Source: an uncultured candidatus Brocadiaceae bacterium
Lineage (GTDB): Bacteria; Planctomycetota; UBA1135; UBA2386
Length of the DNA: 64,000 nt
Assembly: GCA_964469555.1 (NCBI GenBank)
Contig: CAYYAQ010000001.1
Coordinates: forward strand, 58,141 to 122,140
Reading direction: 5' to 3'
The position numbers and the translations under genes are program-made. The notes under the pieces were generated by a model. The model was not told where the DNA came from and did no database searches. It saw nothing but the letters and a program-made list of their open reading frames with translations. Positions 18,166 through 26,312 of this stretch are shown here, in pieces (position 1 is the first letter of the stretch; each line of letters starts with the position of its first letter).

Positions 18166-19112
18166 CAGGCCCGTGGTTGGGTCTCGATATCGGCGGCACC
18201 AAGACGTTCGCGGTCGTCGTGTCACCCGACGGGAAGGAAGTCCTGGCGACGCGGAGGGCGTTGACGCCCAGCGACGAGGGACCCGAGGCGGTCTGCGGGC
18301 ACTCGATCGCGCTCGGTCGGGAGTTGGCCGAGGAGGTCGGTGGCGTCCACGGCGTCGGAGTTGGTTTCGCGGGGCTCGTCGATCACAAGTCGGGCGTCGT
18401 CCACAGTTCGATCATCCTTCCGGGCTGGGACGGGTTCCCTCTCGCGGACCGCATCGCCGGTGGATTCGATCAGCCCTGCACCATCGACAACGATGCGACC
18501 GCCGCGGGATTCGGGGAGTGGATAGCGCTCGGCGCGCCACCGGACCTGAACATGGTCGTGCTGACGATCGGAACTGGGATCGGAGGCGCGATCATGATCG
18601 ATGGCGCCATCTACCGCGGGCGATCCAACACCTCCGCCGAATTTGGCAACACGACGATCGACTGGAATGGCAGTGAATGCGTCTCCGGCAACCGGGGCAG
18701 CTTGAACACCCTCGCCTCGGGCACTGCCTTGTGTCGTCGCGCGACGGAACTCGCCAGCGAGCGGGAGAGTTCTCTTCGCAGGAACGGAGAACGAATCACC
18801 GGCGAGGAGATCGCAGGTGCCGCGGCGGCAGGCGACAGTGTCGCGATCCAGGCGATCGACGAAGTCGCTCGAGCCCTCGGCGCCGGCGTCAGCAATATCG
18901 TCAACATCTTCAATCCCGACCGGGTCGTGTTGACGGGCGGCGTGTGCAACCTTGGTGCGGGATACCTCGCGAAGGTGACGACGGAGTCGCGGGATCGCGC
19001 GTTCGGCATCAACTCGGATCACGCGATGATCGCGTTCTCCTCGCAAGGCGACCTCGCCTGTGCTCACGGCGCGGCGTGCCTGGCGCGCGCGGCGAGCGGG
19101 GAGTTTCGATGA
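18162..19112 (+). CDS. ROK family sugar kinase
   Basis: 316 aa from GTG 18162 (GTGA overlap). Motifs: LGLDIGGTKT, DNDATAAGFGEW, GTGIGGAIMIDG. Confidence 0.8.
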   Translation: MTGPWLGLDIGGTKTFAVVVSPDGKEVLATRRALTPSDEGPEAVCGHSIALGRELAEEVGGVHGVGVGFAGLVDHKSGVVHSSIILPGWDGFPLADRIAGGFDQPCTIDNDATAAGFGEWIALGAPPDLNMVVLTIGTGIGGAIMIDGAIYRGRSNTSAEFGNTTIDWNGSECVSGNRGSLNTLASGTALCRRATELASERESSLRRNGERITGEEIAGAAAAGDSVAIQAIDEVARALGAGVSNIVNIFNPDRVVLTGGVCNLGAGYLAKVTTESRDRAFGINSDHAMIAFSSQGDLACAHGAACLARAASGEFR

Positions 19113-20212
19113 GCTATCGCGTGCCGTCGAAGGACTACGGAAAGCAAAACGCCGAACTGTGGCCGGAGCTCAGTGCCGAGATAGAGCGCGTGTTTCGCGA
19201 GGAGAACCCCGTTCTCGGCGAGTCCGTCGCGGCGTTCGAGCGAGAATTTGCGAGCCACCTCGGCGTCCAGCACGTCGTCGGGGTCGGCACCGGCACCGAC
19301 GCCCTCGTCCTCTCGCTCCGCGCCGTCGGAGTCCTTCCAGGTGACGAAGTGATCACCGCTGCCAATACATTCGCGGCGACGATCACAGCCATCGCCCTCG
19401 TCGGCGCGCGACCGGTCCTCGTCGACCCCGATCCGCGGACCCTGACCATCGACGCCGAGGGCGTGGAACAAGCGATGGGGGAGGCGATCAAGGTAGTCAT
19501 CCCGGTTCACCTGTACGGTCGGCTCTGTGACATGGAGCCCCTGATGGAACTGTGTTACGACCGTGGTGTCGCGATTGTCGAGGATGCGGCGCAGGCGCAT
19601 GGGGCCAATGGAGTTCGGCAGGCTGGAGCGTTCGGGAAGGCGGGTTGCTTCAGCTTCCACCCGAGCAAGAACCTCGGCGCGTTCGGCGATGGCGGCGCGA
19701 TCGCCACCGACGACGTGACGATCGCGAAGACGCTGCGCGAGCTGCGCAACCTCGGAAAGCGGACCAAGTACGAGTTCGCGCACGTCTCTCCGAACACCAA
19801 GCTGGACACGTTGCAAGCGGCGGTGCTGCGAGTGAAACTCCGCCACCTCGATCGATGGAACGCCCGCCGGCGAGAGATCGCAGGGCTGTACACCGCTAGT
19901 CTCAACACTGTTCTCGAGACGCCTGTCGAGGCGGCGCACGGTCAGCACGTGTTCCACCTCTACGCAGCGCACCTCGATCGTCGGGACGAGCTGCGTCGCC
20001 ACTTGAAGGAGAGCGGAATCAACGCGGGTGTCCACTACCCGACGCCTCCACATCTCCAGCCGTGGCACACCGGGATGGGTTACCGTCCAGGCGATTTCCC
20101 GGTCGCGGAAGCGAGCGCCGCCCGGGAGTTGTCGCTGCCAGTGTCGCCCGAGTTGTCCGACGAGCAAGTCGCTTTTGTCTGCGAGAGGATCCATGCCTTC
20201 TTCGCGAGTTGA
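19109..20212 (+). CDS. DegT/DnrJ/EryC1/StrS family PLP aminotransferase
   Basis: 367 aa from ATG 19109 (ATGA overlap). Motifs: GTGTDALVLSLRA and FSFHPSKNLGAFGDGGAI (PLP-lysine region). Confidence 0.85.
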   Translation: MSYRVPSKDYGKQNAELWPELSAEIERVFREENPVLGESVAAFEREFASHLGVQHVVGVGTGTDALVLSLRAVGVLPGDEVITAANTFAATITAIALVGARPVLVDPDPRTLTIDAEGVEQAMGEAIKVVIPVHLYGRLCDMEPLMELCYDRGVAIVEDAAQAHGANGVRQAGAFGKAGCFSFHPSKNLGAFGDGGAIATDDVTIAKTLRELRNLGKRTKYEFAHVSPNTKLDTLQAAVLRVKLRHLDRWNARRREIAGLYTASLNTVLETPVEAAHGQHVFHLYAAHLDRRDELRRHLKESGINAGVHYPTPPHLQPWHTGMGYRPGDFPVAEASAARELSLPVSPELSDEQVAFVCERIHAFFAS

Positions 20213-21482
20213 TCCGGTCCCGATCGCCGTTCTCGGCGGTTCGAGTGCGTTCCTGCCTTCGCTGGCGACGGCGATGGTGGACCGCGCCGATGATCTCCCG
20301 CCGCTCGAGGTCCGGCTCTTCGGGCAGGACAAGGACCGAACGGGCGCGGTGGCGTACTTCTGTTCGCTGCACGCCCAGGGCCGCGGCGTCGAACATCGGT
20401 ACGTCGCGTGCACGGACCTCGAAGTCGCGGTGAGCGGTGCGCCGCTCGTCGTCAACCAGGTTCGGATCGGTGGCTTCGATGGTCGCAGCCAGGACGAGCG
20501 ACTCGCTCTCGAGTTCGGCTTCCCGGGCGACGAGACGATCGGGCCTGGCGGATTGGCCGCGGCGATCCGCGCGACGGGTCCGATCCTGGACATGGCCCGC
20601 GTCGTCGAGCGCACGGCGAAGGACGCGTGGTTCGTGCAAGTGGCCAACCCGATGTCGATGCTGCTCGCCTCGGTGACCGAGGAAACCGGCCTGCGCACGT
20701 TCGGGCTGTGTGAACTTCCGGACCATACGCTGGCGGAAGCGTTGGCGCTCGTGGACCGGACCGGGCCTGTCGAAACCGAGTACGTCGGCGTGAATCACCA
20801 GGGTTGGTTCTTGCGCGTAGAGGACGCTGGCCACGACCTACTCGGCGAGATCTTCGACAGAGTTGCGGAACTCGAGAACGGCGGTTTCTTTCGCGTGGAC
20901 GCGAGCTTGATGCGCGAGTACGGCGCGCTACCACTGCCGTACCTGAGGCTGCTTCTACATCAAGATCGTGAGCTCGTGAACATGCGTGCGCGCGAGGCGG
21001 ACCGAGGCCAGCAGCTCGCTGCGTTGGCGAACGAACTGTACGCGCACTACGCGTGCACGGATGACCCGGAGTTGCCGCAGCGGCTGCGCGAACGATCGAT
21101 GCCGTGGAACGCGATGACCATCGCGCCGGTTCTCACGGCGCTTCTCGGCGGACCACCGGCGATGGCGTACGTATCGGATCCTAATGCCGGTCATCTCCCG
21201 TTTCTGCCCGACGGTGCGATTGTCGAGAAGCGCGCGACTGTCACCGCCGAGGGGCTCGAGGCGGCGCCGTACCGCGCGCAAGTCCAGGAAACCCATCCGG
21301 CGATCGCGTCCCTGCTCGAGAGTATTGGGGAGTTCGAACAATTGGGCGCGCGGGCGGCCCGCCGCGGCGATCCCGAAGCCGCGATGGCGGCGTTGCGGGC
21401 GCATCCCTACGAGATCACCGAATCGGCGGCCAACCAGATGCTCGCGCGCATGTTCCACGGAGCGAAGAGGTTGGTCCCGTGA
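20193..21482 (+). CDS. glycoside hydrolase family 4-like NAD-dependent enzyme
   Basis: 429 aa from ATG 20193, with GAGAGGA upstream and a 20-nt overlap with the aminotransferase. Motifs: IAVLGGSSAFLPSL, NQVRIGGFDGRSQDE, GDETIGPGGLAAAIRA, VANPMSMLL, GLCELP. Confidence 0.7.
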   Translation: MPSSRVDPVPIAVLGGSSAFLPSLATAMVDRADDLPPLEVRLFGQDKDRTGAVAYFCSLHAQGRGVEHRYVACTDLEVAVSGAPLVVNQVRIGGFDGRSQDERLALEFGFPGDETIGPGGLAAAIRATGPILDMARVVERTAKDAWFVQVANPMSMLLASVTEETGLRTFGLCELPDHTLAEALALVDRTGPVETEYVGVNHQGWFLRVEDAGHDLLGEIFDRVAELENGGFFRVDASLMREYGALPLPYLRLLLHQDRELVNMRAREADRGQQLAALANELYAHYACTDDPELPQRLRERSMPWNAMTIAPVLTALLGGPPAMAYVSDPNAGHLPFLPDGAIVEKRATVTAEGLEAAPYRAQVQETHPAIASLLESIGEFEQLGARAARRGDPEAAMAALRAHPYEITESAANQMLARMFHGAKRLVP

Positions 21483-22432
21483 ACGAACTCGACAACATCA
21501 CGTCCGGACAACGGGAGCAAGCCCTCGTCGAGCGTCTCGCCGACCCAGCGCTCCGCGCCGATCAGGTCGCCGAGGTACTCCTGCCGTTCTTCGTCAAGAT
21601 CCAGATCCAGACCACGTCCTACTGCAACGCGTCGTGCGTGACGTGCCCGTATCCGGAGACCAGCGAAACCCAGACGATGGGGCGGATGAGCGAAGAGACG
21701 TTTGCCGAGATCGTCGACCAGATCGCTGGTCGCGGCGTGGAACGAGCGTCGTTGTTTCTCATGAATGAACCGATGGTCGACAAACGGCTCGAACACTTCA
21801 CGGCGCACCTGAAGGACCGCGATCCGAAGATCCGAGCGACGATCATCACGAACGGCACGCTGCTTGACGGCGAACGTGCCCGCGCGCTGGCCGCGGCGGG
21901 CATGGACGAGGTTTCGGTGTCCGTGAACGGGTTCACGGCGGACGCCTACGAGAGCACGATGGTCGGGTTGGACTACGAGCGCATCGTCGCCAACCTGCTC
22001 GAGGTCGGTGCCGCGCGCGCCGCTGGTGAACTCGGTTCGATGGACGTGCGCGTCGTGGCGCTCGACATGGGCCATGCCAGTTCGGACGCGGAGGGATTTG
22101 GCGATCGGGTGGGGTTGCCTGTCTACCTGAAACCCGCCACGAATCGAGCCGGATCGGTCGACGTCGAGCAATTCGATGCGACGGCGATGCGCGGCCCGAA
22201 TTTTCGGCCCTGCCAACGTCCTTTCGTGAAGGCATACGTGCTGTTCGACGGCACGGTGGTGCTCTGCAACTGCGACTGGCAAAGGACGACCGTGATCGGG
22301 AAAATCGGTGAACAGACGCTCGAGGAACTCTGGCACAGTCCGATTCTCAAGGCTATTCAACGCCAGCACGCAGATCGGCAGCTGCCCCCGGACTCACTCT
22401 GCGCCAAGTGTGACTATCCTTACCTGATCTGA
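21479..22432 (+). CDS. radical SAM enzyme with C-terminal SPASM/twitch-type Cys cluster
   Basis: 317 aa from a GTG start in a GTGA overlap. CNASCVTC is a CxxxCxxC motif. The C-terminus CQRPF...LCNCDW...CAKCDY suggests an auxiliary Fe-S domain. Confidence 0.85.
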   Translation: MNELDNITSGQREQALVERLADPALRADQVAEVLLPFFVKIQIQTTSYCNASCVTCPYPETSETQTMGRMSEETFAEIVDQIAGRGVERASLFLMNEPMVDKRLEHFTAHLKDRDPKIRATIITNGTLLDGERARALAAAGMDEVSVSVNGFTADAYESTMVGLDYERIVANLLEVGAARAAGELGSMDVRVVALDMGHASSDAEGFGDRVGLPVYLKPATNRAGSVDVEQFDATAMRGPNFRPCQRPFVKAYVLFDGTVVLCNCDWQRTTVIGKIGEQTLEELWHSPILKAIQRQHADRQLPPDSLCAKCDYPYLI

Positions 22433-23388
22433 TGCGACTCTCTCTGTGCCCCCAGCCGCTCTACCGACATTCGCTCGACGACGCGCTCGCGCGGGCTCGA
22501 GAATTGGGAGTCGATCACATCGAACTTCCCGTGGACGGCGGTAATCCGTGGATTGATCCAGGCGCCCTCGCTGACGGAAACTGTGACGACCTTCTCGCCG
22601 TGCTCGCGAAGCACGAGGTGAGACTGTCCGCAGTATCGGTTCATCAGGAAGGGCAGCTGTTGCTCGGGCCGCATCACGCCGACACGGACCCGGTCTGTCC
22701 TGGCACGCCCGAGGAGAAGAGTGCATTCGCAGCAGGACGAATCAGCCGCGCGGGACGCATCGCGAAGAACCTCGGTGTCGAAGTCGTCGTGGGTTTCGTC
22801 GGTTGTGAAGACTACTCCCGGTGGTTCCCGTGGCCGGACTCGAGCGGTTGGGAGTCGATGCTCCCCGTTTTTCGTGAACGCGTGCTGCCCGTCCTCGATG
22901 ATCTGGGCGAGAGTGGCGTGAAGTTCGCCCACGAACCGCACCCGAAGCAGATCGTCTACAACACCGAGACCGCGCTCGAGAGCCTCGAAGTCCTCGACAA
23001 CCACTCGAGTTGGGGATTCAACCTCGACCCGGCCAATCTATTGCTCGCCGGCGTCGATCCGGTCGTGTTTGCCTCGGAGCTCGCGGGCCACGTGTTCCAC
23101 GTACACGCGAAGGATGGCGAGATCGTCGCGCACCACGCGCGACGCTCCGGGCTGCTCGCCCACGGTGCTTGGGATCGGCCCGACCGCGGCTTCCGAATCC
23201 GCAACGCTGGTTGGGGCGATGTGCCCTGGAAGCGGCTCATCACCGAGCTCGTCGTGACTGGCTACGGCGGACTCGTCGCCATCGAGAACGAGGATCCGGT
23301 GTTCGCGCCGGAAGACGGTTTGCAGAAGGCCGTCGACTTCCTGCGGCCCCTGTTGCCCGAGGGTGAGAGACAGAAGCCGTGGTGGTGA
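22432..23388 (+). CDS. sugar phosphate isomerase/epimerase (xylose-isomerase-like TIM barrel)
   Basis: 318 aa with FAHEPHP, FNLDPANLLLAG, HVHAKDG and IENEDP motifs. 1-nt overlap (TGATG) with the upstream stop. Confidence 0.8.
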   Translation: MRLSLCPQPLYRHSLDDALARARELGVDHIELPVDGGNPWIDPGALADGNCDDLLAVLAKHEVRLSAVSVHQEGQLLLGPHHADTDPVCPGTPEEKSAFAAGRISRAGRIAKNLGVEVVVGFVGCEDYSRWFPWPDSSGWESMLPVFRERVLPVLDDLGESGVKFAHEPHPKQIVYNTETALESLEVLDNHSSWGFNLDPANLLLAGVDPVVFASELAGHVFHVHAKDGEIVAHHARRSGLLAHGAWDRPDRGFRIRNAGWGDVPWKRLITELVVTGYGGLVAIENEDPVFAPEDGLQKAVDFLRPLLPEGERQKPWW

Positions 23389-24086
23389 GCGAGTTCCATG
23401 CGGTTCCACCCGATCTCCACGACGGGGCTGGCGTCGTCTTCTGCAATCCGGAGCGGACACGACTCCTGGCGCAGATGCGCGCCGAATTCACGGTCGAAGA
23501 ATGGGACGATGGCTCGTCGGGAGAGAGTGCTGCGGAGAGCGCGAGGCGGTTTTCGCGAACCGGTGCGCGCTCTGTGAAGATCTTCGTGGGCCCGCGCGAT
23601 CTTCGTGGTGCAGCCATCCTCCATGCGGCTTGTCTGGCCGAGGGGTTGCTGGTCGAGTATCAACGGACGGAAGCGAACGGCACCGTCGCGGGGCTTCCGG
23701 AGAAAATGGCCAGGAAGGGCGCCACGAAGTGGATCAACCTCCCGTCTCACGACGAGGATTGCGAGGCTTTCCTGCGCACCTTCGCCGAGTGGTGTTCCAG
23801 CCGCGGTGTTTCGAGCCTGCGAATCACACCTCCCCCTCTCGCTGAGTTCCCAGCCACTCCGGAACGAAGGTCCCCACTGCCCGCCGGGCTTGGTCTCGAT
23901 GCACCCGAGTGGCGGAAGGGATTCTTGTGGCTCGTCGCGCAGCAATTTCCGCGGGCCTATCCGGCATTCCTCGTCTCGGTTGGCGCTCACGATTTTTCGA
24001 CGAATCCCGTCGAGGACTTCTACGCTGGACTGGGGTTGCGCGAGCGAAACGCGGAGTTGCTCGTCAACATCGTCGATCCGTCATGA
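23379..24086 (+). CDS. hypothetical protein (no motif recognised)
   Basis: 235-aa ORF. Three consecutive in-frame GTGs (23379/23382/23385) overlap the upstream stop at 23386-23388. It is coupled on both sides. Confidence 0.5.
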   Translation: MVVSEFHAVPPDLHDGAGVVFCNPERTRLLAQMRAEFTVEEWDDGSSGESAAESARRFSRTGARSVKIFVGPRDLRGAAILHAACLAEGLLVEYQRTEANGTVAGLPEKMARKGATKWINLPSHDEDCEAFLRTFAEWCSSRGVSSLRITPPPLAEFPATPERRSPLPAGLGLDAPEWRKGFLWLVAQQFPRAYPAFLVSVGAHDFSTNPVEDFYAGLGLRERNAELLVNIVDPS

Positions 24087-25417
24087 ACGACCGTTCGCGA
24101 CGCACTGTGAGTCCCGCGCCCGGACCGCTGTCCTGGTTGTTTCCGGAGATCGCTGCGTTCGAGCGGTCTGTACCCGAGGGCGTGCTGGACGAGGGGCGGC
24201 GCGGGACGTCGAACGCGTTGCGACTCGGAATTCTCGGCAAGTACGAAGAGGTGACCATCGCTTCGGGTCCGCGGGGTCGCACGATGCTTCGAGTACTGCG
24301 CCAGGTGTTTCGTGATGGCGGCCCGCGCCTTGTTCTCGATGACGGAGTCCCCCAGTTTGAACCGGACTTCATCGCGAGCACGGTCGACGTCGAACCCGGC
24401 GCGGTCTTGCTGCCGTCCGGGTCCTTTTGTGCACCGAGCGAGTTGGTCGAGGGTCAGGTCGGTCTCCTCGCGTTGCGACCGAGCCAGGCGACCCAGGACA
24501 TTGAGGTCGGACGGCGCGCCTCCGCCGGGTGCCGCGGTCGGATCATCCCGGTCTTTCTCACGGATCCGCAACTGCCGGAAGACGCTCACACGCGCCTTCC
24601 GGAGTCATGGTGGGGGTTGCTCCCCGGCGATCACTACCCCGACGCGCTGCGCGCCGCGCACCACGAGTGGATGCGCGAGCTCTGGCCCGAACGCTTCCTG
24701 AGGTTTCGGGCGCTAGAGGCGAATGCGTTGGCAGGATTCGACCTCTACGACGAAGTGTTGCGCGGTCGCTACGACGGTGTCGTTCCCCACGACCGTCCGT
24801 TGGTCAATCGCCCCCTGATTATCGGCATCGATGGCATCGACGGGGCTGGAAAATCGAGCCAGATGAACGCGCTCCGTGAGTATCTGGAATCGAGGGGACT
24901 CCGCGTCGGCGTGCACAAGATCTACAGGCACGGTGTGTTCCACGACACGGTGACCGACGTCACGCGGCAGTGCAAGGGCGGGCGCAACCTGCACCTGTGG
25001 CGGTTGCAGCGTCACGTCAAGCTGTTCGATTCGGCGAAGTACTACTACAGCTCCGTCCTGCCCGAGATGTCGCGTTGCGACGTGATGATCTTCGATCGGT
25101 ACGTGCAGACGCATCGGGCCGCGGGGCTCGGTCGTTACGGGCATGACCCGTACGCGAGGGAGTTCTTGTCCGTCTACCCGAAGGCCGATCGAGTGTACCT
25201 TCTCGACCTACCCGAGGCGAAAGCGCTCGAGAGGATCTCCGAGCGCGAGGAGTACACGGTCGACGAGAACCCGTACATGCTCTCACGTTTCCGCACGGCG
25301 TTGCTCGAGATCGCGGCGGAGGAACAGATGGTCGTCCTCGACAGCGAAGCGAGCATCGAGGCGAACCACGCGCGAATTCGAGAGGATGTGGACCGGATGC
25401 TGGAGGAGCGGGCGTGA
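24083..25417 (+). CDS. two-domain protein: unknown N-terminal domain (about 230 aa) fused to a thymidylate-kinase-like P-loop kinase
   Basis: 444 aa from ATG 24083 (ATGA overlap). IIGIDGIDGAGKSSQ P-loop and a FDRY motif as in the dTMP kinase fold. Confidence 0.65.
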   Translation: MNDRSRRTVSPAPGPLSWLFPEIAAFERSVPEGVLDEGRRGTSNALRLGILGKYEEVTIASGPRGRTMLRVLRQVFRDGGPRLVLDDGVPQFEPDFIASTVDVEPGAVLLPSGSFCAPSELVEGQVGLLALRPSQATQDIEVGRRASAGCRGRIIPVFLTDPQLPEDAHTRLPESWWGLLPGDHYPDALRAAHHEWMRELWPERFLRFRALEANALAGFDLYDEVLRGRYDGVVPHDRPLVNRPLIIGIDGIDGAGKSSQMNALREYLESRGLRVGVHKIYRHGVFHDTVTDVTRQCKGGRNLHLWRLQRHVKLFDSAKYYYSSVLPEMSRCDVMIFDRYVQTHRAAGLGRYGHDPYAREFLSVYPKADRVYLLDLPEAKALERISEREEYTVDENPYMLSRFRTALLEIAAEEQMVVLDSEASIEANHARIREDVDRMLEERA

Positions 25418-25866
25418 CCTTGTCCCTCCGCATCGATCCAGGTCCACCTACGGATGGCTGGCGCAACTTGTTCCCGTCGGACGGCGAGTTCGTCGGAGCA
25501 ATTGGCGGCATGCGGAAGTGGACGTCGGTGCTGAAGACGGTCCCCGATGGTGTCTTCATCGAGTTCTACGCGTACGAGGTTCTCGAGCGCGCCCGGGAGT
25601 TCGGGCCCGTTGGCGAAGACGAGGCCTGGCAGATTCCGTTCTGGGCGGAGGCCGTGTTCGACGCTGCGGACATCCGGGTTCACGCCGGTCGGGAGATCGA
25701 GCGGATGTTGCCGGTGTTTGACCGCGTTGTGATCGCAGTTCGACCAGTGGAGCTGCTGATCACCGAAGCGAACCGCGTGCTCGGCGCGGCGCGTTTCGAT
25801 CCACGACGCTACGCCCGTGCCCTCGCCGACCTGGCTACCGTGCGTGGCTGGGAGGTCGAGTCGTGA
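25414..25866 (+). CDS. hypothetical protein (no motif recognised)
   Basis: 150-aa ORF from GTG 25414 in a GTGA overlap, with a GTGA overlap again at its stop. Confidence 0.5.
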   Translation: MTLSLRIDPGPPTDGWRNLFPSDGEFVGAIGGMRKWTSVLKTVPDGVFIEFYAYEVLERAREFGPVGEDEAWQIPFWAEAVFDAADIRVHAGREIERMLPVFDRVVIAVRPVELLITEANRVLGAARFDPRRYARALADLATVRGWEVES

Positions 25867-26312
25867 GCTATCGCCCGGCGGAGTTGCAGGGTCGCGAAGT
25901 CCCGTCCCACCGGACTGTCGCGGGCGTGTTGATCGCCGACCGCAAGGTGTTGCTCGAGCAACGCGATTCCGACGCGGCGGTCTACCCGGACTGTTGGGAC
26001 ATCCCTGGCGGTCATATCGAAGGGCAAGAGCTCCCCGAGGAAGCTCTGCGCCGCGAGATGCGCGAAGAGCTCGGCGTCGAAGTGCGGGCATTGTCACTCT
26101 GTGCGGTTCAGGACGATCGTGAGCGGAAGTCGGGGCGCCTGTACCGTCACCTCAGCTTCCTGGTGCGCGGCTACGACGGCGAGGTCTCGCCCGAGGAGGG
26201 ACAGACCCTCCGCTGGTGGCCGCTCGAGGAAGCGTCTCGATCCGAGTCGCTGAACCCACTCGCGAGATGGGTGATCTGTCTCATTGTCGAGCAGGGCTGG
26301 CACCTGGACTGA
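25863..26312 (+). CDS. Nudix hydrolase
   Basis: 149 aa with a complete Nudix box: GGHIEGQELPEEALRREMREELGV. Confidence 0.85.
   Translation: MSYRPAELQGREVPSHRTVAGVLIADRKVLLEQRDSDAAVYPDCWDIPGGHIEGQELPEEALRREMREELGVEVRALSLCAVQDDRERKSGRLYRHLSFLVRGYDGEVSPEEGQTLRWWPLEEASRSESLNPLARWVICLIVEQGWHLD

Noticed and set aside
21479-26312. Viperin-like antiviral nucleotide-modifying module (radical SAM + nucleotide kinase + Nudix)
   Set aside because: The radical-SAM protein has a C-terminal SPASM/twitch Cys cluster and no viperin-like C-terminal domain. It is also co-translated with sugar/cyclitol enzymes (cyclase, ROK kinase, DegT, TIM barrel). A biosynthetic role fits better.
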